Shown: positions 26,640 through 38,294 of the stretch, in pieces
Layout of the letters: every line of letters begins with the position of its first letter
Position numbering within the stretch: the stretch's first letter is position 1
Assembly: GCF_006345805.1 (NCBI RefSeq)
Contig: NC_043005.1
Span: forward strand, 26,474,001 to 26,538,000
Length of the DNA stretch: 64,000 nt
Source of the DNA: Octopus sinensis
Taxonomy: Eukaryota
Reading direction: 5' to 3'
Made by a program: the position numbers and the translations under genes
Notes under the pieces: generated by a model
Told to the model about the DNA's origin: nothing
What the model saw: the letters and a program-made list of their open reading frames with translations, nothing else
Database searches by the model: none

Positions 26640-27122
26640 TTTGAACTCAGAACATAAGACAGACGAAATACCTATTTCTTTATTACCCACAGGGGGCTAA
26701 ACACAGAGCGGACAAACAAGGACAGACATAGGTATTAAGTCGATTACATCGACCCCAGTGCGTAACTGGTACTTAATTTATCGACCCCGAAAGGATGAAA
26801 GGCCAAGTCGACCTCGGCGGAATTTGAACTCAGAACGTAGCGGCAGACGAAATACTGCAAAGCATTTCGCCCGGCGTGCTAACGTTTCTTTTTTCTTTGT
26901 TGCCCACAAGGGGTCAAACATAGAGGGGACAAACAAGGACAGACAAAGGAATTAAGTCGATTACATCGAATTACCCGTGCATAACTGGTACTTATTTAAT
27001 CGACCCCGAAAGGATGAAAGGCAAAATCGACCTCCGCGGAATTTGAACTCAGAACGTAACGGCAGACGAAATACCGCTAAGCATTCGCCCGGCGTGATAA
27101 CGTTTCTGCCAGCTCGCCGCCC
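26640..27122 (-). mobile_element. SINE family B tandem array (partial + 2 units)
   Basis: Head-to-tail cores with the junction GAAATACC|TATTTC at 26672. Confidence 0.9.
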
Positions 27123-27252
27123 TTGAATTGCAAATCTATTGCACGCCTCTTAAAAGTCATATGAGAGGTCATTTGCGATAAGGAAAACTAAAGAGTTTCT
27201 TAGATGGAAATGAGTTTAAGAAGTAGTCTTACTCTGTCAAGAATCGGTTTCC

Positions 27253-27298
<46 letters not shown>

Positions 27299-27436
27299 CG
27301 GGTGTGTGTAGATAAATAAATAGATAGCTGTTAGATAAATGATACATAGATAGATGGACAGACAGACAGACAGACAGATAGATAGAGACATACATACATA
27401 CATACATATATACATACATAAATACATACATAAATA

Positions 27437-27514
<78 letters not shown>

Positions 27515-27725
27515 CGATAGATAGATAGATGGATGGATAAGATGATAGATAAATTGATACTTATGGTTATTTTTGTGCTCACCGGCTGTCGCTACTGTGC
27601 TACAAAAGTGACAGAATTAGCTGTGTGATCTTAGCTGTCTGAAGACGAAGTAGTCGGAAAGGTACCGATTGGCTACATATTGTTTCTGAAACAAGTAAAA
27701 GAATAAAAGAATATATATATATATA

Positions 27726-28139
27726 TATTTCTTTACTGCCCACAAGGGGCTAAACATAGAGGGGACAAACAAGGACAGACAAAGGTATTAAGTTGATTAC
27801 ATCAACCCCAGTGCGTAACGGGTACTTAATTTATCGACCCCGATAGGATGAAAGGCAAAGTCGACCTCGGCGGAATTTGAACTCAGAACGTAACGACAGA
27901 CGAAATACCTATTTCTTTATTACCCACAAGGGGCTAAACACAGAGCGGACAAACAAAGACAGACATAGGTATTAAGTCGATTACATCGACCCCAGTGCGT
28001 AACTGGTACTTAATTTATCGACCCCGAAAGGATGAAAGGCAAAGTCGACCTCGGCGGAATTTGAACTCACAACGGAACGCAGACGAAACACCGCTAAGCA
28101 TTTCGCCCAGCGCGCTAACGCTCCTGCCATCTCGCCGCC
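27726..28139 (-). mobile_element. SINE family B dimer (184-bp unit + full copy)
   Basis: Unit 27726-27909, junction GAAATACC|TATTTC, head ending at GCCATCTCGCCGCC. Confidence 0.92.
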
Positions 28140-28899
28140 TACAACTTATAAATAAGGCAGAATCGAACGGCTTTTGTGTGTTTCTTAAATGGCTTACAAA
28201 CACCTTCCACGCTGCAATTGTTTTCGTTTCAGCACACGATTTCAGATCAAATAACTTGCTATGCAAGTACATCTCCGTAATTATAAATAAGGGCAAACAA
28301 AAAAAATTATATGGTTATGGACAATATGTTCAATTTCGGCATATTTGGCATTGGAAATTTTTTCATTTGCCCTTATTTATATAAGTTGTTTATAATTTTA
28401 ACATTTAAAGATATTTTTTAATATATTGGCCATTGCTAAAAAAATTTTTTGCGAAAGAATTTTATCCTACATTAAATATATATATATATATATATATAAG
28501 CAGAGATACCCGGCGTTTCCCGGGTTACATGCAATTGAAGAATTAGACTTTTCTGTTATATTTTCTCTAATGAACTGGAATATCTATGATTCGAATTTCG
28601 TCAAAATTGCAGATGAGGGTTCTTTCCCTTTTTACACACACTAAAAATATACGTAGATATACGTATAAACATGCATAGATATATATTTTTCACACCACTA
28701 CCACAAGAACAACAACAATACCAACACCAGGATAACGTTGGCGGACACTGAAATGTTTCAAAGCCTTCTTCTATCGGTAAAATAATCTTAAAAGAAACGT
28801 TTGCCATTAAGTATGGTTAATCAGAATCTAGCTGAGAATTGTTTACTGATATGTCCATCATACACAATGACAACGGAGGAGAAGGGAGAGGAGTAAGGA

Positions 28900-28925
28900 G
28901 GAGGAGGAGGTGACGAAGAGGATGG

Positions 28926-28971
<46 letters not shown>

Positions 28972-29095
28972 GAATGATGATAATGATGATGATGATGATG
29001 ATGATGAAGGAGAAGAAAAAGAAGAAGAAGAAGAAGAAGAAGAAGAAGAAGAAGAAGAAGAAGAAGAAGAAGAAGGAGGAGGAGGAGGAGGCGGA
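28900..29095. repeat. Compound (GAT)n(GAA)n(GGA)n trinucleotide repeat
   Basis: Direct reading. Confidence 0.95.
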
Positions 29096-29499
29096 TGACA
29101 ATAATGGTTTCCAGTTCAGGTAGAGGGCCAAAACTTTTTTCAATGGTGGAGGAAGTTGATTACATCGATCCCAATACTTGATTGGTGTTTATTTGTTTAT
29201 TTTATGGACCTCGAAAGGATGAAAGGATGACATTCGACGTCGGCAGAATTTGAATTCAGAGCAATTCAAGCCGGAAGGAACGTTTGTTACGTATTTCCTT
29301 TGGCCTTGCTACCGATTCTATCTGATAATAGCAAAGATTTCCATAAGAAGCTCTTGAGACTAGAAATTTGAGATGGGTACTTTGATCATGACAACGAGCC
29401 CAGTAACTGAATGGCAATCCATTGTTTTGACCCCCGGAAGGATAAAAGGTAAATTTGATCGCAGCTGGATTTGAACTCAAATGTTAAGAGCCATGTAAT

Positions 29500-29987
29500 G
29501 ACATGCATAAGATCTGGTCATCAAATCTAAGTAGAGACTTCAAACTTGAAATCTTCAAAGCCACAGTTGAACAAATTCTACTATATGGCTCAGAAACATG
29601 GACGTTATCAAAGAAGCTTGAGAGGCGGTTGGATGGAACCTACACTCGCCTCCTTATGAGAGCTCAGAATCTCTCGTGGAAGCGCCATCCAACCAAAATG
29701 CAAATATATGGGAAACTACCACCAGTGTCATCTCTTGTGAAGGGTAGGAGAGTCCAGTTTGCTGGACATTGTTGTAGAGCTGAAAAAGAAGTAATTTCTC
29801 CTCTTCTCCTCTGGAAGCCATCTACTCGCAATACCAGAGGACGCACACTCTCCTACCCTGATGTAATCTCCAGGGATACAGGCACCCAGCAACAGGACCT
29901 CCGTAATGCCATGATGGACCGTGAAGTCTGGCATAGCATGGTAAATTCCATTGTCTCGACCACGGTCGAACAATGATGATGATGATA
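29500..29987 (+). mobile_element. 5'-truncated RTE-clade LINE with an intact 157-aa C-terminal frame and a (TGA)n tail
   Basis: ILLYGSETW, RRLDGTYTRLLMR, RRVQFAGHC, RGR..SYPD motifs; the stop is followed directly by TGATGATGAT. Confidence 0.88.
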
Positions 29988-30388
29988 AAAGCCAGAAAGA
30001 AGATTGTTAGATTCTAATGAGTCAGCCAATCTAATCGAACGGGACAGCGCTATATACATTCAAAATACTCACAGTCGTTCTTTTGCTTAAAACGAAATCC
30101 TTTATTCACAAAATAATGCCCCATCATTCGAGAAGTCGGTGCTATTACACCAAGTCTTAACTACACCAGGGAATATGATAGCACGCAACCCCCACGCCAC
30201 CTCAGCCCCATAAAGAAAAAAAGCAGACAGTGTATGTTTAAGCAGTGGCTTCTAAACTGTTGACAGACATTTCCGCCTACAACACATAACATCGTACAAT
30301 GAACGGCAATTTTATAGTAACCTACTTATAGAAGCAAATATCTTCATATGTAAACAGACATATGGCCTTAGGAACACACAGAGACACA

Positions 30389-30421
<33 letters not shown>

Positions 30422-30625
30422 TAACGTGCATGTACACACTCACATACACACCCACACACTACATACACGCACAAATATGAAAATATGTTATAGGTATAAG
30501 ATTCACTTATTCTTTATAGGAATAACAGTTTTGTTAATTATAATTATAGAATAACGAGATCGGAAAAACCTTACACGACTGATATGAAGCATTTTATATA
30601 TACCCTATATATATATATACATACC

Positions 30626-30772
<147 letters not shown>

Positions 30773-30795
30773 TGTGTGTTTATATATATATATAT

Positions 30796-30834
<39 letters not shown>

Positions 30835-30837
30835 ATA

Positions 30838-31333
30838 AGCGGCAGCGATTATTCTTATATCTATAAGAATGCCATATTAATATGGCGATAACAATTAATT
30901 TCCAGTAAACGCTGTCGTAATCTCTTTTATAGAGACTTAGTAATTTTAATATTTCTATTATTGAAAACAAGTGGATGTATTCCACTGAAACTAGGTAAAT
31001 ATAAGCCTTCGAACAGAGACGTCAGTGGCGACACCTGCGGGGTCTGACTGCGCTACATTGACAAGGGGCAATACCGCAATACCCCGAAACGCGTCTGTAA
31101 CTGTCGGACTGGCAGTGTGAAGCGACTGACCTCCCTTGTTCGAAGGTTATAATGGATACAGATCGTGTATCAATAGCTATCTTAAGGCGGTGGCCTCATG
31201 GAGCTGACCAGCGGCAGCGATTATTCTTATATCTATAAGAATGCCATATTAATATGGCGATAACAATTAATTTCCAGTAAACGCTGTCGTAATCTCTTTT
31301 ATAGAGACTTAGTAATTTTAATATTTCTATTAT
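30838..31333 (+). mobile_element. 372-bp non-coding unit with a 124-bp perfect terminal direct repeat and a hammerhead motif (retrozyme- or Penelope-LTR-like)
   Basis: 30838-30961 is identical to 31210-31333. A long imperfect stem pairs 31001-31057 with 31096-31150 and encloses the hammerhead. The element is flanked by (GT)n and (TA)n. Confidence 0.7.
31054..31099 (+). ncRNA. Minimal type-I hammerhead ribozyme motif, U3-A8 core variant
   Basis: TACA-TTGACAA-GGGG(13 nt)CCCC-GAAA-CGCG-T-C-TGTA: stem I TACA/TGTA, stem II 4 G-C pairs, palindromic ACGCGT stem III, GUC triplet (predicted cut 31095/31096). Confidence 0.7.
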
Positions 31334-31470
31334 ATATATATATATATATACACGCACACATCTATTATATAAAATCCGTTCTGTCTGACTGTCTGTGTGT
31401 GTCTTCTAGGATCTCGGGCATCCTCCATCCTTTAGCGCACAAATTTGATATGTAGACACTGTTTTGCCCG

Positions 31471-31502
<32 letters not shown>

Positions 31503-31705
31503 ATATGTTACATTTACTTTAAGTGCTCGTTGGATTGCATTGTCTGTTAGGGGTTGTGGATAATTCCTATTTATGAGTGTAGTTCTGCGTTCCTGGAGAC
31601 GTGTGTGTCGAGTGTTTGTGTCTGATAGATATAATTATTTCCCGTATATTCCATCTTCCTTCTTTCATTTACCATATATATATATATATATATCCGAAGT
31701 CAGGA

Positions 31706-31895
31706 CGCCATGATAGATCGTTAGCTCCTACACGCATTTTTTTTCTCTCCTTGTTTTTTTCTGTGTATCTTTCTGTCGAAGAGCGTAGGCTCGAAACGTA
31801 AAAGACCTTTTCTATTCCTGAGCGCTATACTAATACATTTGTTTGTTTGTACTCCACCTGCCTTCGTCTTTTGTTTATTCTCGTAAACTTTCCCT
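31706..31895 (+). mobile_element. Family C small element with a hammerhead-like motif (31768-31805)
   Basis: TCTTT-CTGTCGA-A-GAGC-GTAG-GCTC-GAAA-CG-T-A-AAAGA. Homologous copies lie at 51508-51732 and 52355-52564. Confidence 0.7.
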
Positions 31896-31896
31896 T

Positions 31897-31964
<68 letters not shown>

Positions 31965-33129
31965 CATACATACATACAACATACATACATATATATATAA
32001 GTATATTTGTATGTGTGTATATATATATGATATATATGTATGTATGTACACACCAACATATATGTGTGTGTGTATGTGAGTTTGTATGTATCCATGTGTA
32101 TATGTATTAAGCATGTATGTTTTTATATGTATGTATATGTAAGCAAGCATGTATGTCTGTTTGTCATGAATGAATTCTTACGTACGTATATGTCTGTAAA
32201 TGTGTGTGTGCGTGTGTGAGTATGTGTGTGTATGTATGTGTGTGAGTGTGTGTGTGCGTGTGTGTGTATGTGTGTGTGTGTGTGCATGTGTGTGTGTGCA
32301 TGTGTGTCATTCACCCCAAAACAGCGTTCTTTGATAATGTGAAATGTGTAACTTTTCAGTAAACTAATTTATCCTCATCCTGAAAAGTAAACAGTAATTT
32401 CAACGCCTGTTCCATCACCATAAAGGTCGATAAACAGCAGTTGGCCCGACCAGTTTCTAGTTTTGTTAATCTTTCATTAAGATGAATGTCCCATTTTACT
32501 TGGTTATTTTAGAAAAAGCTACACCTTTCAAAGGCCACTCGTCAGTTAGAGGAGAGCTATCTAAATTTTGACACGAAATAAAAGATTAGGCGTAGATAAC
32601 AATGTTTGTCCGCTTTTGAATGGATTATATGTAATTGTTTTCGTTTTAAAAAAAGGGTCTTAGTTCTCAGAACCTGAGAAACAAATACCCGTATTTACGA
32701 AAGGTGGGCACCGTTAATCGAAAAGTTAACTTCGTTAATCGTTTATCCATTAACCAAAAAGTTAACTTCGATAACCGTTAATCAGTTAATTGTTTCTTAT
32801 TGCAACGGAAATTATCGATAAAACGTTAACGTTAACTTTTATTATAGAACAAACAAAAAATCAGTTTCTGATCCAAAAACCACCTAAAAACATCTTTAAT
32901 TTTTCCTTATTTTTCCTTCTTTCTTGTTGGATTTTTCTGTTTCCGTAGAAGAGCTATGCACGAAACATTCGCAGCACTCTCCCCTTTTATTGAGCGTTAA
33001 ATTAATTTATTTCTGGTGCACGTCCTCACTTTCGTTTTTTTTTCCCTTTCTTCTCTGTTTTTTAATTGTTTGTTTATGTGAATTAATTAATTAATTAATT
33101 AATTAATTAATTATACATACATACATACA

Positions 33130-33165
<36 letters not shown>

Positions 33166-33758
33166 TTTATTTACACACGCACACATACATATATACATAA
33201 ATATGTGTGTCTGTGTGTATTGTGTATGGATGCTGCTTCCACGATAAGGTTTCAGTTGGTTCAATCAACTGAATTATTTGCCCTGAATTAACATGTAAAG
33301 CAGCTGAGTATTCCAGAGACATCTGTATTTCAATGCAATCTTCAGGCAGAATCAGCGCGAAACTGTATGACTTGGGCCGTACAATTTGAATCGCAGGGTC
33401 AGCCCGCCTTACCGCCTTCAACACATTTTCCATTCAATCCAACCTAGATCGAACGTAGAACGTTCATGCTTGCGAAGCAAACTTCTTCACCATTCGCCCA
33501 CACTACACCTACAGATCTGGGATAAGATTCAGCAAACAGAAGCACTCTCCACCCCCTCAGATTTTGTGTCCCTCTTCTTACACCTGCTGCTGGTGCTTAC
33601 TCTCGCCTGAAGGTGTTGCAGCACAAAAATATTTGAGTTATTGAAGTCTGTACATAGGGAAGAATTGTTTTACATTCCTCGGTGCTATTTACCTGTGAGA
33701 TGTCGAAAACGTGTATACTATGTGCTACGTGTACGCGTGTTCATATGTATGTGTGTGC

Positions 33759-33796
<38 letters not shown>

Positions 33797-34681
33797 TGTG
33801 TGTGTGTGTATGTATATGTATATGAGAGTGTGTCTATGTAAAGGTGAGTCTTTCTGACTGAATGTGTATGGGGTTTTTGTATGTTTAAATGTGTGAATAC
33901 GCGTGTTTCTTCCTTGTGTCTTTATATGTACATGAATAGATGCATATGTGTGTGTATTTGCGTGTGTGTGTGTGTGTGTGCGTGCGTGTGTGTGTGTGTG
34001 TGTGCGCGCGCACGTGTTTTTAAGTACACGTTTGCAAGGGTGAAAGGACACGTATTGAAGAATACCATATATGGTGAGCTGACGTTCTCACCACACCGTC
34101 AAGAGGAATAGTACGAAGCTCCAACCGCAAGAAAAAAATGAAGCAGAATCCCCCTTGGTGCAATAGAAGCCTGATTGCTGAGCTTTTCGTTTTTTCATTC
34201 GAATATTGCATCTTTTTATCCACAAAGCGACAACACCTCCTCTTCTATCATTTACATTTTCTGACGAAAAACTATACGCCGAAACGTTACTCTTTTTACA
34301 CTCGTCACAGCAAACAAACTTATTGAACGCTTCTTTGAAATTCTTTGATGAGCAAATTGCTATTGACACAGGCCATCATCAAATACTTCCCTACATCATC
34401 CCGGATTTTACTGTATTCATGGGGTTTTCTTTTTAATAATAACTGCCATCGCACTACGGCCACCTGAGCGCAGGACAAAAACTGAAGGCTTCCAGTAACT
34501 TCAAAAAACTGAAAACTACCAGTTCCCGTCGGCTCCTTCCCTGTTGCCATGGAACTTATGAAAAAACGTGTGATGGTATTGGCACCAACGTCTTGGCTTG
34601 CTGATCAACCTGTGCAATGAATATTATTATAGGGGGCATAGTTGTGCAGAGCCAGTCCTACTCTTTCATCCTTCAAACTTG

Positions 34682-35124
34682 GGATCTTTTCGGTTTGAAC
34701 GGCAGTTTTTTTCTAGCGGTCATATGAAATTGTCACCCATAATTACGACCCTAGTATCGATCTATCGTATTTCAATGTTTTAGGGTTAGGGTTAGAGTTA
34801 GGGTTAGTTAGGGTTAGGGTTAGGGGTGGGGGGAAGGGTATCTTTTTTTCTTCAGAAATATAAATAAACCCAATCTATTTCTTAAACGAGGGACATATTC
34901 ATACGGCACAGAACGTTTTCACCTCAATAGACGTCATTGATTGGTTGAAATTGCAGAAATTGAAGGAAAAAAACAACAAAATTCTTACAAACTATAGAAT
35001 TTTCTCAATAAAGCCAAGAGAAAAAGATGTTTTATAAACACATTCTACCAGTATACGAAGTTTAAAAGTGTTTAGTTACGTGGAAATTATTAAAAAAAAA
35101 CTACCGTTCAAACCGAAAAGATCC
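34682..35124. mobile_element. Merlin-like MITE with ~30-bp TIRs, an 8-bp TSD (CAAACTTG) and internal TTAGGG repeats
   Basis: TIR GGATCTTTTCGGTTTGAACGGCAG...; TSD at 34674-34681 and 35125-35132. GG-start TIRs with 8-bp TSDs fit the Merlin superfamily. Confidence 0.75.
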
Positions 35125-36036
35125 CAAACTTGTATTAGCGTGATTCAGCTAGCGCTACGAGCTGAGTATTTATCAGGATGCAGGATTTGTATGGAGTTAC
35201 CTTCTCTCAGATGAGCACCTAAAGATCTAAAAGGTCTCATCTGACCCGTGCCTTTTGAGATGTCTGTAAATAACCACTTCGGTGCACAATTGTTTCTGAC
35301 ACAGACCATCATTAAATGCTTCCTTACGTCACAAATTTTACTGAATTTACTGTTTTTTTAATAATGACTACCATCACGTGACAGCCGGCTGAATGCAAGA
35401 TCAAACCTGAAACCTTCCAGTGGCATCCTCTACCAGTCCCCGTCGACTCTTTCTCTATTGCCGCGGGACTTATGAAAAATGTGTGAGGGTACTGGTGGCA
35501 ATTCTTCGACATGATGGGATCCTAGCAAGAAGTACCATTCCAAGCCAGGGTAGACCCTGGAATTAAAAGTGGCTATGAGATGGAACCACACTCCTCAAAA
35601 CCCTGGACCCCCCGAGCCAGGGTTCCACTGCCAGATCCAGGAATTTATTTACTACTTTGACATGAACTAGTAACAACATAACAAAGATAATCGTCCCTCT
35701 ATATTTTACCACTTACTTAGAGAATGAAGAACAGCACCCATGAACCTTTATTTATCAGGGTCTCCCAGATTGATACGAGGAAGAAATTCTCCAAGCTAAA
35801 CATTTTGTTCGACGCGATAACGGTTTCAAAGTTTGGCACAAGGCCAGTAAGTTTGAGGGACGGGGCAATTTGATTACATGGACCCTCGTACACAACTGGT
35901 GCTTATGTTATCAACTCCGAGAAGACGAAAGGTAGAAGTCGACCTTGGTGGAATTTGAATTGGGAATGTAAAGACAGACGAAATGTTGGTAAGCGTTTTC
36001 CCAACGTGCTAACGACTCGGCAACCTCGCTGCTTTA

Positions 36037-36106
<70 letters not shown>

Positions 36107-36137
36107 TGATGATGATGATGATGATGATAATAATAAT

Positions 36138-38255
36138 ATAGCAGCCCAATTGAATGAGTGTGCCCAGAAAGGTACAGTCCCCGCGAGGATGGTGACTGAG
36201 AGGACAACAGTCGTAATAAAAGATAGAAGAAAAGGGAATATTGTGGGGAAACTACCGTCCCCATAGCATGCCTAAACATAATCTGGAAGATACTGGAATA
36301 TGTGCGGCAAAGACATACACTTTCCTGGCACAGGAAGAAATACTACCAAGGGAACCAAAAGGATGTAGGAAGAGTTCTCAGGGTACCAAGGATCACCTGA
36401 TCGTCGATAAAACAGTTTTGAGGCATTGTAGAAAACATCATACAAACATGTCTATGGTTTAGATTGACTTTAAGAAGGCATATGATACGATGCCTCATTT
36501 TTGGATCGTTGGATGCCTGCAGATGTTTGGTGTTGCTGACAATATCACAAATTTTCTGATGCACAACATGAAAGATCGGAAAACCAAATCGTACTCAAGT
36601 AATGTATTCTTTGGAGAAATTAATATTAAAAGGGCAATCTTCCAAGGTGACTCGTTTTCTCCGTTACTTTTTGTAATTGTACTAATATCTATAACAATGA
36701 CACTTAGCAAAGGTAAGATTGTTACCGATTTGGGAAGAAAGGCCCATCGTTGAATCATCCTCTGTTTAATGGGTGGCCTGAAATTGTTTGGGAATCTGAA
36801 AAACAGATAGATTCTTTAACCAAAACAGTCCAGAAGTGTGGTAGGGACGTCGGTATGGAATTTGGGATTACCAAATGCTCAGTACTTAATATGAAAAGAG
36901 GGAAGAAAGCAGCTTGCAGATGATTGCGTTTCCCATCAGGAGAGACCATGGGTGAGCCCGACGCTAGTGGGTATAGATATTTAGGGATTTTGGAGCTGGA
37001 TGACATTCTACACAGAGAAATGACATTCTACACAGAGAAATGAAAGTCAAGATCAGCGAGGTGTATCAAAAAAGGGTGAAGATGGTATTGAAATCCAACC
37101 AGATTGACAAAAATTTTATTACAGCAACGAATATCTGGGCATTTGCGGTGATCAGATATAGTGCGTCCATCCTCAAATGGACTAAGGAAGAAATATCAAC
37201 ACTAGATAGAAGGACGAGAAAGTTGATGACGCTCCATGAGGCGCTACACCCTAAAGCAAACGTAAACAGACTGTATATGAAAGAAAGATTGGTGGCAGAG
37301 GACTAATTAGTACAGACCATTGTATAAGGAGTGAAAGGAGAACGCTTGCCGAGTATTTGATAAATAGTGATGAAGACCCGCTACAATATGCCGCGAAAGA
37401 TATGGATGTAAATGCAAATGAAATGATGGTCAAGGAAGAGTTTAACTAAAGAGCTGAGGGGAAGAGAAATGAGAATGCACAGTTTGAAAGGAATACACAA
37501 GACGTTAAGGATGATACAGCATCGTGGACATGACTTGAGCGAGGTGATTTGAAGCGTACCACCGAAAGCCTGATCGTTGATGTACAAGACCAGGTTCTCG
37601 CTACCATTTCAGTGAAGTATAACATTTATAAAACTTCTGACACTCAGAAATTCAGACACCGTGGAAAGAGTGTGGAAAATGTGACCCACTTGGTAAGTGG
37701 ATGTGAGAGCCTTGCACAAAAGATTATGAACGTCGCCACAGTAAAATGTGTGTGTGTGTGTCTTCATTGGTTCTTATGCCATAAATATCAATATGAAGTA
37801 ACAGAGAACTGGTATGAGCATGTATCAAGTAAAGTTATGCAGGAGGACGGAAAAGAAACGATACTCTGGGACTATGATTTTCAGAGGGATCGTATAATCG
37901 AACACTGTCGGCTGGATATTGTCATATTGAATAAGAGAGACAAATACTGTCAGATCATTGATATAGCCATACCAAATGACATGAACATTGTGAGTAAAGA
38001 AGTTGAAAAAAATCACAAAGTATTCCGAATTGAAAGTGGAAATAGCAAGACTGTATGGAGTGCGAGACGGTAATGTAAAAGTGATACCAGACTTCTTAAG
38101 GTAACTGGAAGTCCTATGCAAGACTGATGTCTTGCAAAAAGCAGCCTTATTAGGCACAGCGCGCATTTTAAGGGAAGTATTATGTCTGAGGTCCTTGTGA
38201 CTTGACAAATGACTTAAGACTCCGGTGCGTTTTTACCTATACTGTGTTACGAAGG
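36138..38255 (+). mobile_element. 5'-truncated, degenerate R4/Dong-like non-LTR retrotransposon (RT, zinc knuckle and RLE endonuclease)
   Basis: Motifs in order: EPKGC, IDFKKAYD, IFQGDSFSPLLF, YLGI, GGRGL, decayed C..C...H...GC, LDIVI...IIDIAIPND...EK..KY, LQKAALLGTARILREVL. Many frameshifts; (AAT)n on both flanks. Confidence 0.88.
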
Positions 38256-38263
38256 AATAATGA

Positions 38264-38294
<31 letters not shown>

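Noticed and set aside
28500-28528. ACCCGG/CCGGGT hairpin (and the TCTATTATATAAAATCC start at ~31361) suggesting Helitron/Helentron ends
   Set aside because: Matching partner termini were not found, and the fragments are too short to support an element call.
33835-34080. Strong plus-strand donors AAG|GTGAGT (33843) and ATG|GTGAGC (~34073)
   Set aside because: Upstream sequence is microsatellite or has a weak acceptor, and no recognisable peptide results.
34261-34288. CTGACGA...GAAACGTT hammerhead-like spacing
   Set aside because: Neither stem I nor stem II can form.
34779-34826. Telomere or chromosome-fusion remnant
   Set aside because: The TTAGGG tract is short and lies inside a TIR- and TSD-bounded MITE that has a second copy in the window.
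36768-36790. RT catalytic MDD changed to MGG by two A>G changes, suggesting A-to-I editing before integration
   Set aside because: The element has many other substitution types and frameshifts, so two A>G changes are not distinguishable from chance without a consensus-based mutation spectrum.
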